In this document: positions 49,246-63,836 of the stretch, one piece after another | Position numbering within the stretch: the stretch's first letter is position 1 | Layout of the letters: each line of letters begins with the position of its first letter | DNA from: Podarcis gaigeae | Taxonomy: Eukaryota | Direction: 5' to 3' (one strand) | NCBI GenBank assembly: GCA_964106915.2 | Contig: OZ066927.1 | DNA length: 64,000 nucleotides | Made by a program: the position numbers and the translations under genes | The notes under the pieces: model-generated | Told to the model about the DNA's origin: nothing | The model's database searches: none | The model's input: the letters and a program-made list of their open reading frames with translations, nothing else

Positions 49246-52200
49246 TCAGCTTGGCTGGGGAGCAGGAGCATCTGTCTGCAAAAGATGGCAGTGAGGAGAC
49301 ACATGAGCCTTCACAGCCTCACAATTTCTTATTTATCCCTTACATTTTTTCCACCTTTCCTCCAAGGAGCTCAAGGTGGCATACATCTCCCCATTTTATT
49401 CTCACAACAACCCTGTAAGGTAGATTAGGCTTGGAGGCAGTGACTGGCCAAAGGTCACCCAATAAGATTAATGGCTGAGTGGGGATTTGAACCTTGGTCT
49501 CCCAGGCCCTAGTCAGCACTCTAACCACTACACCACACTGGCCAGACAACATGCCCACAAAGGCAGCTGCCACAAGGCCACCGGAACATTCTTGGGAACC
49601 AAAACCAGCAGCAGCAGCAGCACCCAGGATAAAGGGGCTGGAAAGCACCTGCTAAGTGACAAGGACCCTCAATCCTTTGCCTTAACTAGGCCGTGATAAC
49701 AAACCTGAGCACTGTGAGCAATGGTGGGTGTTGCCATGTCTTCCGGAGTGGCCCCTCCTGGGCCAGGACATTCCATCTGCCCCCTCTGCCGCCTTGCTAG
49801 TTTGGAGAGCTCAGCATGGATAGCCTAGAGACAGCCAAAGTCATTTTAATCCTTCTGGGGAGCAAATGGTTAATACACTCGGAAGGCGGGGGGGGGATCA
49901 CCTCCAGTGCCCCCTGAGCACCCTTCCTCCAGTGGTAGGAATATGATGTCATCTCAGTGTGAGCTGAGCAAAAGGGGAGATGCCAGTCACAAGTGCCGCA
50001 AGTGGCAGAGGATGAAGCTGGCCCAGCAAAGATGGACCTTCCCCACCGCCTCTGTCTTTGCCCCTAGCATGTCCTGTTGCCTCACCTTGGTAGTTGGCTC
50101 CAGCTGCAGTGCCCTCTTCAGAACGGCGGTGGCTGCCTGGTCTTCTCCCCGCTCTGACAACAGCTAAATAGCACAGAGAGAGTGACAGAGATGGGGTGGT
50201 ATATGAACTGGGTAGGGGTGGGGAAGCCTGCCCTTGTCCACCTCTTTCTCTGGCTGTTCTCTGTAGCTGTTCCTTGCCCCTCCCTCATGCCTTCTCTCAC
50301 CTCTTGTGGTCACAACTCCCTTTCCCCCCACTTCAATCCAGACACAGCATTAGGTCAATATTGTGGAACAGGGACCTTTGCCACCCCCCTCCACCCCAGT
50401 CTGGATCTCAGCCAGCTGTACAGCCTTCAGCATGCCGTTCCCTAGCCAAGTTCTTCCCTCCTGGCCCTGGAGCCGCTGAGGGGCTGGGAGGCGTTTCCCT
50501 CATCACCTTCCCTTTCCTGTAAAGTGCCTTGATGTTCTCTGGGTCAAGCTGTATAACTTCATTGCAGGATGCCAGGGCCTCATCCAAAAGCTTCAGTTTC
50601 AGCTGGGCGGCTGCACAGTTGTTGAGGCATTTGACCCGATGGTCATGCAGCTCCTCTTCCTCCTCCTGGCTTGGGCAGTCTAGAGAGAAACCCACATAGG
50701 TGCAGCGTCACCCCCAGCCATAAAGTGCAGCTGGGGCTGAGCCCCAGAACTGGGCTTCTGCAGTAGGGATGGGTCAAGTGTGCCTTTGCGGGAGAGCACC
50801 TCTGGGACAGGGTTCCTCTCCCTTTTCATCCAAAGTGCCCAGATTTGGGCTCATGGCACTATTTCCAGGCAAGCTGCCGGTCAGCTCTAATTGAACCTGT
50901 GCCAACCCCATGTTTCCAACAGGCACCCACATGGCTGTGTTGGGAGGGCTTCATCCCAAGCCCTCAGAACAGTGCCTCACCTGTCCCTGGCAAGGAGAGG
51001 ACATGCAAAGCCTGCTGGTAGGAGTGCAGGGCCTGCTGGTAGTCCCCCCGCTCAAAGTGGAAGTTGCCCCACTCCCGCTTCTGGTTGCCCAGGCTGAGGC
51101 GCTCCATGGTGGGCAACAGCAACAGGTCCGGGCTGTCCTGCACGTGCAGCAGAGTCACCTCATACAGCAACGTGGCATCTTTGGGAATATCTGGCTCTCT
51201 GCAGGAGGAGGGGGAGGAGAGGCCTCTGAGAACACACAGCTCTCTTCCCCCACCAAGGGCCCAGATGTTGCCCCCCTCCCTGTCCACCAGTCACAGTGCA
51301 GTGCAATGATGGATGACTACCTGCCCAGGTGACCATAGGCACAAGCAGGGCCAGCAAGGAAAAGGGCTATTTCACCCAGCTGCATGGAGAGGACGCCAAG
51401 GTCCAAAGCCTAGGGAGACAAAAAGGAGACAAGGACCTGACCCGAAGTGCCCCCCCAAACACACACAAACAAACATATATCCTGCTGTCACACCTCTCAG
51501 CACCAGTACATGCAAGAGTACATTGGCTTGGGTGCAATAGCCATTCTCACATGGTCTGCATTGGCCTCTGCTGTAATGGCGCACAGGTAGAAAAGGTGAG
51601 ATCCTATGTAGAGGGAGGGCCCTGTAAGCATGAGTTTGGGGGTGGCTGCAAAGCTGCTAGTCCTTTCCACTGAAACAGAACAGAAGCAGAATGGCGGCAA
51701 GATCCCCCCCATTGGTGGCATTCAGTTGCTCAAGCAACGGAGAGAAATGGGGGCTCAGAATGGGCTGCCAGGCAAAGCCAGGGGGGCAAGGAACAAGGAA
51801 GGTTGCAGCCTTCCCACACCTCACCTGTATTGCCTCCCCCTGGCCGATGACAAAGGTGAGCTTTTGGTCCTTTTCCACCAGGCTGTGGTCCTCCAGGATT
51901 CCCAGCATCTTCACAGTAACCTCTTGGCCCAGTTGTGGCCAGCTGCCTCCCTCTGGACTGCTCTTCACCAGCCACTTCCGTAGGGACTTGTCCTCTGGAG
52001 GGTGGAAAGGGGAGAATCAGTTCAACTACAGGTGGAGGTGTTTGCCTGAGGAAGTGTGTGGAACTCCAACTGCCCAGGTGCAGAGGAAGGAGGGCCAAGG
52101 GAGTGCTGGAGGATGAGGAAGTTACAGCCCCTCTCTCACAACACAACCTGCTCTGGCCAAATGGAGGGGCCTTTTCTCCTCGCCATGAGGTACTGCAGTG

Positions 52201-53203
52201 TCCCACCCGCCCAGTTACCTCCAAATGGTCCTGGGCCAGGGTCTGATTTACGCATAGGTGAAGTACACCACAGTTTAGGGCTTCAGGTGATGAAGGCCTC
52301 CAAATGCAAAAAAAGGACTAGTTTGTTTTCATTTGCCTTCTCTGTCCTGATATCTACACAAGAACAAAACATTTATTTCTCTCTTCTGCCTTCACAATCT
52401 GTTAGACAAATATACTTTTGGGGGAAGGGGTAGAACAATGGGGCCTCTCAAACTTGGCAGAGCTGAGGGCATCAGAAGGTCTTAATGTGGTTCCCCACAC
52501 CCACCAGTATTTCTCCTGCCTGGGGGGGAAATCCACGTCCCCAGAACTTTAAGCATTTGCATTTTATTATGCTGCCTTCGCTTATCCTCTTATTACTTTT
52601 GATGCACCACCACACATTCTGTGGGGTGCTGAGGTGGGCATCAGTCAAGCCACTCCTCATTCTGATGCACCTCTAGAATCCCAAGGGTGTGACGGCTGAG
52701 GCGGGAGCAGGGGGTTTTCTGGCTAAGAGGCAGCGAACCCAGCAACCATCTCCTGCCCCCAGGGGCTTTTGGCTGTGGCGCTTGTTAGCCAGCGATGTCA
52801 CCCCGTCCCCCAATGACTGGCAGCAAAGAGGATCCTGTAGGGTCTGAGAGGCCGAGCTGCCCTATTGCCTCCAAGGCCCTCTGGGCAGCAGCGGGACCCT
52901 CCATCTCCTGGCCTGAGAGCCCCCTGAGCCCCGGGCCTCACCTCGGAGGTCCTCCCAGCCGTCAGCCGCAAAGAGTGCTGCAAAGCCGCCTCTTTCTCCT
53001 CCCAGCAAGCGCTCCAGCCGCTGGTAAAAGGCTCGCTCCTGAAGCTGGGGCGGGGGCTCCTGGATGATAGTGTGGGGCAGCAGGAAATGGACCCTCCGTC
53101 CAAGGTGGGGGCTGCCTCCCTCCAGCAGCACCGGCCCCAGGCTGGCGCCCGCCCCTTCGCCTTCCTCCTCCTCCTCGCCCTGAAACATCTTGACCAGGAA
53201 CAT
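49246..53203 (-). CDS. FKBP8 (FKBP38)-like immunophilin paralogue: FKBP domain plus 3 TPRs, about 379 aa (possibly the orthologue of fish fkbp16)
   Basis: Exons 53203-52942 (Kozak cccaccATG), 51994-51825, 51409-51321, 51198-50981, 50679-50507, 50163-50086, 49824-49705, and a tentative last exon 49275-49246. All junctions are GT-AG and in phase. Peptides GQEVTVKMLGILED, IQALDLGVLSMQLGE, AYGHLGREPDIP, KREWGN, VKCLNNCAAAQLKL, NIKALYRKGK and IHAELSKL are colinear with FKBP8. Confidence 0.88.
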
Positions 53204-55200
53204 GGTGGGCAGCTCCTCCGTCCTCGGAAGGGGCTTCCCGGAGCGAGGGGCTTTGCCGGCAGCCGCGCATCAGGATCTCGAGGGATTTGTTTCCCCGCCT
53301 TGCATGCGACGGTTGGAGCAGGCCGGCAGCGGCAGAAGCGAGAGGCCGCTTAGCCGTCTCTCCTTACCTCAGTCTACACTGAGCGCCTGTAATTCAATTA
53401 GAGAGTAAGCACCCTACGCCCCAGCTGCGCTCAGGCTTACTTCCAAGGAGGATCTGGGCGTCAGGCTGCGGCTGGGTTTAGCAGGGATCAGCAGGACCCC
53501 CTCCCACATCTCAAGCGGGGCCCCTCCCTTTGGGCTGCCTTAATAAACCCAAGTAAATGCCTTCGCGTCTATAACAGAAGAGGCGGCGAGCAGCAACCCG
53601 CTGTTCACCCAGACGCGACGGAAAAGGGGTTTTCCTCTTATACTACGCAAGGCCCCAAAGACTTGCCCTAAGAGGGAAGACCTCTCGTGGATGAATGGGT
53701 TCCTCCCCATCTCCTGACAGGCTAGATTCTGAGAGCACGAGGTTGGCTTTTCCCTCCCTCCCAATTCTCTCATGTATGAACAGACCACCCAGAAGCAGAA
53801 ATGCCAACCTCAATAAAAAATTGGGGGAGCAGGTAAGCCCCGCTCGCATAATTGATCACATGATGCGGTGCATGCACACTATTTGAATAGCAGTGCCCAT
53901 CAACTGTGGGGGACGGTGGCCCCCGCAAATATTTTGGGGGGCGCTGAACACCCCTCGGCGCCTAGGAGGTGGCTCCTATGCCCAGAAGTAAACGTCTATG
54001 AAGCCGCTCAACCGAAGAGGCGCATCCGACAGTCTTAGCGGTTGTTAGGGGATGCTGCTCCGTCCCAGATTATTGCCCGGTGACCTGCGGGGCTCTAAGA
54101 GGCTTAGTGGAGAATCCCAAGAAGCACGTGGCCCCGCTGCACGTGGCCATGCGTCCGGGGTCGGCTGCGGCGGGGGGCTTTGGAGTAGATGCGAGGCCCG
54201 GGGCCAAAGTGAGGCCCAGCCCAGGGATCTCCGGTCTGGGGGACCGGCGACAATGTCTGGGGGACCGGCTCCCCCGACGCCCTGGGGACCGGCCATTCTT
54301 CCTCGGGGCAAACTGTTGAGGGGCTTGGTGGGTAATCGGCGGCGCCCTTCTTCTGGACGGGACGGCAGACTAAAGCTCAGACGTCTCTTCTTGCTCCGGG
54401 CCTTCCCCACGCCTCAAACGGAGGCAGGTCTGGCCAGGCATCCCGGGCTGGGCACGCGCACCGGTTTGTGGAGCAGCAGCGGCTGCCGAGCAAGGAGCAG
54501 CGGCTCCGCCCCGCCGTCGAGCCCAAGTCCCGCCCAGGCGCCGCCGCCACAGCCGCTCACTCCAGCGATGCCGCGGCGGGCGACGGAGCGCCTTTCCTAC
54601 CGCCCCGGCTCGCGGGGCGCCCGCCTCAGCCTCTTCCACGTGAAACTGACCGACTCGGCCCTCCAGGCCTTGCTCGCTTACCAACGGTGTCAGGTAACGG
54701 GCTGGACTGAAAGCGATTGCCGGACGGCCGGTCACTTGGCGGAAGGGGTGGTCTCACTGCCCGCTTTTTTTCTGCAGGTGGCGGCGCCTCGTCCCGTGAT
54801 CGCCTTCCAGGGCAGCCAAGGGGTGAGGATATTTCCCAGCGCCGTGCATTGGGCAGATGTCCTGTCGGGTCCCATCGCTGGGGCTGGGCAACGGAGGGGT
54901 GCCGTGGCCGTTGCTATCGCCGTGGGCGCCGCCTGCTTGCTAACGAGCTCCCCGCGGCTTTCTGCAAGGCGGCTAACGAGTCTCGCGCGAGCGGCAGACC
55001 GAGCCTGGCTGCGGCCTCCTCCCCGCGGAATGCTCTGCTGTCTTGGCGTTTGAATGGGGCAGCCCGCCCCGTCGAAAGTCGCTTCTTTTTCGGGCTGAAA
55101 GTCCCCTTTAGTAGCAACGGAAGAGGGAAAGAGACGGGGCGGGCAGGAGCCGCGCCTTCGCTGCTCTGTACGGGGAGCCCCGCCCACTCCCTTCTTGAAC
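52700..55200. promoter_or_regulatory. CpG island / candidate bidirectional promoter for the FKBP8-like gene and ELL3
   Basis: Divergent start codons at 53203 (-) and 54568 (+); CpG-rich; tandem GCACGTGGCC E-boxes at 54124-54133 and 54139-54148; minus-strand donor GAG|GTAAGG at 53368 suggests a non-coding first exon. Confidence 0.6.
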
Positions 55201-58200
55201 AGGGCCAAGACTGAACGCTGGAAATGCACTGCCCCACAGTGTTTTTCACCTAGGCAGAGCCAGGCCCCACAGCCACAGAAACAGCCCCCAACCACATGTC
55301 TAGGGTCAGGCCCTGCTCCTGAGGCAAAGGGGCCAGACCAGATCCCCCCTCTTCTCTTTCTATGCTGTCCAGTATCTGAAGGTGCCCTGCGGTGCCACTG
55401 CCGGCCGTCGTGACCCACGGACGTTCCGCTTCACCTTCTACCTCTCACGCTATACGAAGGAGCAGCCGCAGGCCAGCTTTGATTGTGTCCGCCAGGCCAG
55501 TACCAGGTGAGCTGGCCCAGCCCAAAGGCTGTTTCCCTGGGAGGGTGGGAATGGGGGAGAGAGGCTTCCCTGAACATTGCTCTTCTTTGCCCAGGTGGCT
55601 AGAGGGCAGAGGAGCCATCCAGGAGAAGATCACCATCTGTGCCATGGTTGTGGAGGCCTCCCAGTCCAGATGGGGGGTAGAGAGGTCGACCTGCCATAGG
55701 GCAGCAGCTGCGTTCCCAAACCCAGGTGAGGAGAGAGGGACAAGGGGCAGTAAGGGGTTCTTGGATAGGAGCTGAAGGGGGAATTGGCACAAATTGCCAC
55801 CACCTCTCTCCCCTACCCACTTCCTGAAAGGAATAATTTGTGAGTGCTGCCATTCAAAGATCTCTGGTTCTAACCTAGAATGTATATATCCTAAGAAGCA
55901 GTGGAACTTGTTTTAAAACCACCTAGCAAACTGTTTTTACTAACGTGTGATCATAATGGAAGTTTAGTTTGGTATCTTAACGAAAACCTTATAACTAGTA
56001 TAAAGCTACCCTGGATTTATGAAATCCTTCCATGTGTGAACCACCTCGAGATCTTTGGATTAAGGGTGGTATACAAATTTAATAAGTGGATCTGAAGTGC
56101 AACATCCAAATTTCAGCTCAGTTGCTATAGACAATCACTGCAATTAGCATTGGGGAGGGGGTTGAGCTACTGACAGCCAAGGCTGGCTCTATTCCCTCAC
56201 TCCCTTTGCCTTGACTTTCTACTTTTCTGCACTGTAGAGACTGGCGCCCTCCTCCCAAGGAAAGCAGCCTCAGAGAGCCCCAGTGGGAAAGGCAATGAAA
56301 GCAGTCCCACAGCCAATGAGCCCCCATGGCCACCAGCGCAGGTGCTGGAAGAAAGCGACCAGAGGGCTAAGAGGCTGTTGGGCTTGTTGGAGAGGCCACA
56401 GCTGCAGGCTGAGGTAGGTCTGGGAAAGGCTACTGGGCTTCCTCACCTTGCTGGAGCCTCCCTCACCACCCCTTTACCCCACAGATGGGGCAGCTGAGCT
56501 CCCCAGAAAGAAGTTACAGCTTGAAAGAAGACCGTCTGCAACCTAGAAAGGAGGCCTGGACAGGTGCTCTGCAGCAGCACCAGGAAGCATCTGAGCACTT
56601 GCACAGGTAGAGCAATGAGTCTGGGAGTTAGACTACTGGGGAGGGATAGGGGATCCTTGTGGTCTTAGTCCTCATTCTCTCTCTCTCCCTCCCTCTCTAG
56701 CATAATCCTGTCTCTTTATGTGTGGGTGCACAGTTGTTTCCACTATTCTGCTCTCACATGGTCAGCTTTTAACAGCTCTCCTTCCACTTCTGCAGGAAAG
56801 AAGCCCAGCAAACTTTGGCCAAGCCCTTCCCAAGCCCTCCATCTGAAAAGTTTGCTCCTTCTCGAGGTGGTAGTCCTTTAAGAGCGGTGAGTCCTGCAAC
56901 AGTGGTGCTTTAATTCAGAGCAGTAGCAGCGACAGCCGATGATGCCATGGCAAGGCTGTGGTTGCATCACCCCCTCTGGGCAGCCTCTCTAATTCCCAGG
57001 CATTGCAGGCTCCTGTGGGCACAGGGGGAGGGGGAGACTTTCTTGTCTTCCATTTCTGCTGTTCGAATTTGCCTGCCTGTGTGTGTCTGCTACTGCATGG
57101 TGGTTTTCAGTTGGTCTTCCTGCCTAGAGGGAACCATCATTATCCTGTTGTTCCTAGTATCCACTTGGCAGATTAGAATTTAAGAGAGGGCTTATCATTT
57201 GCCATACTCAGACACAGTGCTTTAAAGTGGACTGTGCCTGGAAAGAGTGAAGTGTGGATATTATTTTTCAGAGACTACAACCTCTCCGAGCTGCACTTGG
57301 CCCAAGATCCAGGAGATGGCAGGGGCCTCACTTTACAGGAGCCGAGAGCAGCTGGTGGGGACGCAAAATGCAGCCTGCAGCAGCAGTGAAAAGCAGGGCC
57401 CAGACCGATTGCAGCAACATCATAGGAGAGGTTCAGAGCTCGGATGAGGAACCTGAAGCAGGAAGTCATAGAGCACCAGAGGTCGAGTGGCCAGGGGAGG
57501 AGGAGAGGCAGGCAGGTGAGGAGTCTGGCAGATGCACTCCCAGCACAAACATCAAATATGATGGCAACTGGAACCTCTGCAATCTGCTCCTGACCTTGAG
57601 CAAAATGGAAAGCTCAGCCTTCCCAGTTAGGCAGAATGGTTTAAACCAGGAGGTACTTGTACTGTCAATTTGGGCCTAAAAAGCTGTTTAGAAGCACCTT
57701 CCCAATCTTCCTAACCTTCCCGGTGTTTTGGACTGCAGAGCAGTTGGGCTGATTGGAGGTGTAGACCAAAATATCCAGATGGAATGAGCCTGGGAAAGCA
57801 TTGAGCAACACACACTGGTGGGAGATGTTGGTGTCCAATGCCAGGCTGCAGGGCGACTGCTGCCACCACAATGACTCAGCTTTTCCTTTCCCCCTCCCCA
57901 GACCATGCCAGCACCTCAGAGGAAAACCTCAAGTACTACTTGTAAGTATTTAGCTGTACTGCACACAAGGCAAGGGCATTTTTCATAGGCCTCAGCCATT
58001 TGGGAACCAGCATCATTTTCACTGGTGCCCAGCCTTGTTGTACATTTGGTGTGGGGATCTCATGCCTAGGGACCAAATGGAGGTTCTGGAAGACTGTCTA
58101 TGCTGGAAGACAGTCCTTGGAACCAGAAAAAGTTCTACTCCTGATGTGGGAGATGGATTGGAGAGGTGGCTGCTGCTGTTGGCCTTCCCCGCCTTGGGTC

Positions 58201-58779
58201 AAATTCCCCAAGGGAGGAGGCTCTCCCTTTCCATCTTCTGACTCACATAATGTGTCTTTTGAAACTAGGAAATATGTCCCCATTTGCTCAGTAAAGCAGT
58301 ACCGAGCCTACCAGGAGGACTTCAGTGCAGACTACACTACATACCGCCACCTCCATGCCAGGATTGGGAGTGTGAGCAGGAGGTTTGCCCAGCTGGGCAC
58401 AAGGCTTAGGCGAATGCAGCAAGGAACCAAGGAGTACAAGGTAACAACATTCCAGGGAACAAAAGGGAAGTGACCTTCCCTGCCTGGTCCTGGGCTGAAC
58501 TAGCTCTCTTGGGTTACAGGTCCTAGAAGATCAGATTTTGCAAGAATACAGGCACTTCAAAAAGGTGAGTAACCCAGGCTGGCATCAGGGATGGGGGTGC
58601 TTTCTTTCCCCCTGGTGGCTGAACTCTTTCCTTCTCTGCAGGTGTATCCTAACTACCAAGAAGAAAAGAGGCACTGCGAGTACCTGCACCACAAGCTCTC
58701 CCACATCAAGGCTCAAATCCTAAACTTTGAGCAGAATGTCCCTCCGGCTGGGCAGAGGGGCTGTGGCGAGAGGAGATGA
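54568..58779 (+). CDS. ELL3: RNA polymerase II elongation factor ELL3 (about 487 aa), 12 exons
   Basis: Exons 54568-54693, 54778-54822, 55373-55506, 55595-55725, 56238-56413, 56485-56606, 56796-56886, 57272-57515, 57902-57941, 58269-58440, 58520-58564, 58642-58779. Total 1464 nt, in frame. ELL N-domain (SLFHVKLTDSALQAL, PVIAFQGSQGYLKVP, GAIQEKITICA) and occludin-homology C-domain (YRHLHARIGSVSRRFAQL, EEKRHCEYLHHKLSHIK). Adjacent to PDIA3, as for ELL3. The middle exons are less certain. Confidence 0.88.
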
Positions 58780-60048
58780 GGAGGGCAGCATCACCTACAA
58801 CTCCTCACAGCAAGCACAGGGGGGGCTCTAGTGTTTCACGGCAACTGCTTGCTCTTGGAGTGAGCTTTGTACAGCTTAAGAACAGGCCCAGCTTACAGTA
58901 TGTTCCTCTTATGTTTTGGTCCAAGTCTGCTCTGCAACATCTTGCTAGCTGAAAGCAATTTGAAAAGAAACACTTAAAGCAGGGCGAGGGTGCTTCCTTT
59001 TCCCCATCCTTCTGTAGCAACTTGTTTGTGGCAGCCTAAAGTTACTTCAAGCTATCCACAACCAGAGCAGCCATCTTTGGCTTGAAACAAAGCTGTGCTT
59101 TAGAATTGTTTCATAATCAGCAAGTATATTCTTGTGCCTTAGATTGGAAAAACTGGAGGGTGGGTAGTCTTGCATTTTTATGCTAACACTTAGCCAGTTG
59201 ACATTTGTTCAGACACTCACACCCAAGGCAGTAGGAACTTTGCTAGAAACCTTTTCTTCAAGGAAGGTTCTTCAAACCTTTCTTCTTCAAGGAATACTTT
59301 AATCTTGCTTGGCTTATGCTGCTTTGTTTTCAAAGTTTCTAGTGGCTGCAGAGACAGGTCTTTGTCAACACAGGCTTAAAGCTTGGCACTTACCACATCT
59401 CTCAGAGACTCTCCACATGAGAAGTTATACAAAAAATTGCATTTTGTGAAGATCGTTTAAACAGACATGACATCTCCCTTCACTTCGTATCAATCAGTTA
59501 TGTTATCAATCTGCTACATGTTCATTTGACAATGCTGCTTAGGTTCCTCTGCAGAGCTAGGCTATCCCAAGCTAAAATCAACATGCAAACTTCTCAAGGA
59601 CAGCTGAGTTGTTCAGTAACTTCTATGGAGAACAAAAGTTATCTGGCAGAGTAGCCTCCCAAGTTAGCAAAGTACCAGAAACAGGTAAATGTATCCCGCT
59701 CAAACAGACAGGGAGAAGTTTTTCCCCTTCCAACATCACAGAAAGGCAACTTGGGGCCTAAGGGGGTCATTTATTGATTCACTTCTTCAAATGTACAAAA
59801 AATTAGAAAACAAACCCTCCCCCTCCCCACCCACAAATATCAGCCAGTCCAGGGCATTCAAGGCCAGTGCAGTTAAGAGATGAGGGGGCAGGAAATTAAA
59901 CAGAACAGCAGCAGCAGCTGGGTCCCCTCTGCTCAATGTGGCTTCACTTTCCAACAGCTTAGACTGCCCCACAGGGCCCCACCTCCAGGAGTGGCCATGG
60001 GCTCTTCTGCAGACAAGGGCGATGATGACACCAAGCCCCCCTCCCCGC

Positions 60049-62832
<2,784 letters not shown>

Positions 62833-63343
62833 CTGCAAAAGCAATAACAAAACTTTTTTTGTGATAGCCCAAGATAATCAGGAGTCACAGCGCACCTGTC
62901 CTCTTCAAGGCATGCGTGAAGGCAAGCAAATAATTTTAATTAATTAAGAGCCAATTTCGGAAGTACCTTGGCTCAGGCAGAGGTGGTGATGTGTTCAAGT
63001 CAAAGCAGTCCCAAATTCTATAGCTAAAGGATCAAGTGTGCTTAGAGCAGCCTCAAAGAGCCACCAAAGTGATCAATGACTGGCCAAGGGCAGAAGTGTC
63101 ACTGCCCAGTCTCCTTCCATAAGTTATTCACTGCTGATGGGGGACCTCCACAGCTTATACTATTGCTGGCTTCTTGCCCCCACTCTTCCTAGGGAGGGGG
63201 ATGTTCACATGCTGGAACTGCTGCAGCCCTTCTGTTTGGGCTATAGAGCAGCCACAAGAGGCATGGCCTCTGGCACAGACATATGAGTCCACTAGATCAA
63301 GACAAAGTGTCCTGCTCCCAGTGGTCAACCAGCTGCTCCAGTG

Positions 63344-63836
63344 CAAATGTTTTCAACCTTTTTGAGTCCACTGCTCCCTTGACCAACTATATTCTTTCTG
63401 TGACACCCCTGTGGGACTCAGGAGCCCAGTTATGTCACCCCTTGCCTGCAGAGCTGGCAGCCTCTCACACTTTTCAAATATCCTCCTTCACAGAGTGTTT
63501 TCTCAGCCTCTTCTCCTCTTCTTTGAGTTCTCTGGGCAGGTCTCTGAGCTGCCTCCCTTGACCCACAGGGGCCTAGGACTTGTCTGTTCATTCCCAACAG
63601 CAAGGGCTGGCAAACTGGCTGGCTAGGCTCCCTCACCTGCTTGCTTGCTTACTTACTACGAGGCCACCTCAGCTTCTGGCAACTAGCAGAGCTTGTAGCC
63701 AAGGATGCTGCAACAAACAGTCACACAAGCCTTTGGGAGGCAGAGACATGAGAGGGCATCAGAGGAGGGAGGGAGGCACCCTGACCATCATTCAAGGCAC
63801 CCCAGGGTACCGTGGCACACTGGTTTAAAACCACTG
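63344..63836. mobile_element. hAT-type MITE in a PDIA3 intron
   Basis: Ends CAAATGTTTTCAACC / GGTTTAAAACCACTG; imperfect 8-bp flanks CTCCAGTG / CCCCAGCG. Confidence 0.6.

Noticed and set aside
54052-55053. 333-aa ORF as a single-exon gene
   Set aside because: It is ELL3 exons 1-2 plus GC-rich flanks and introns read through.
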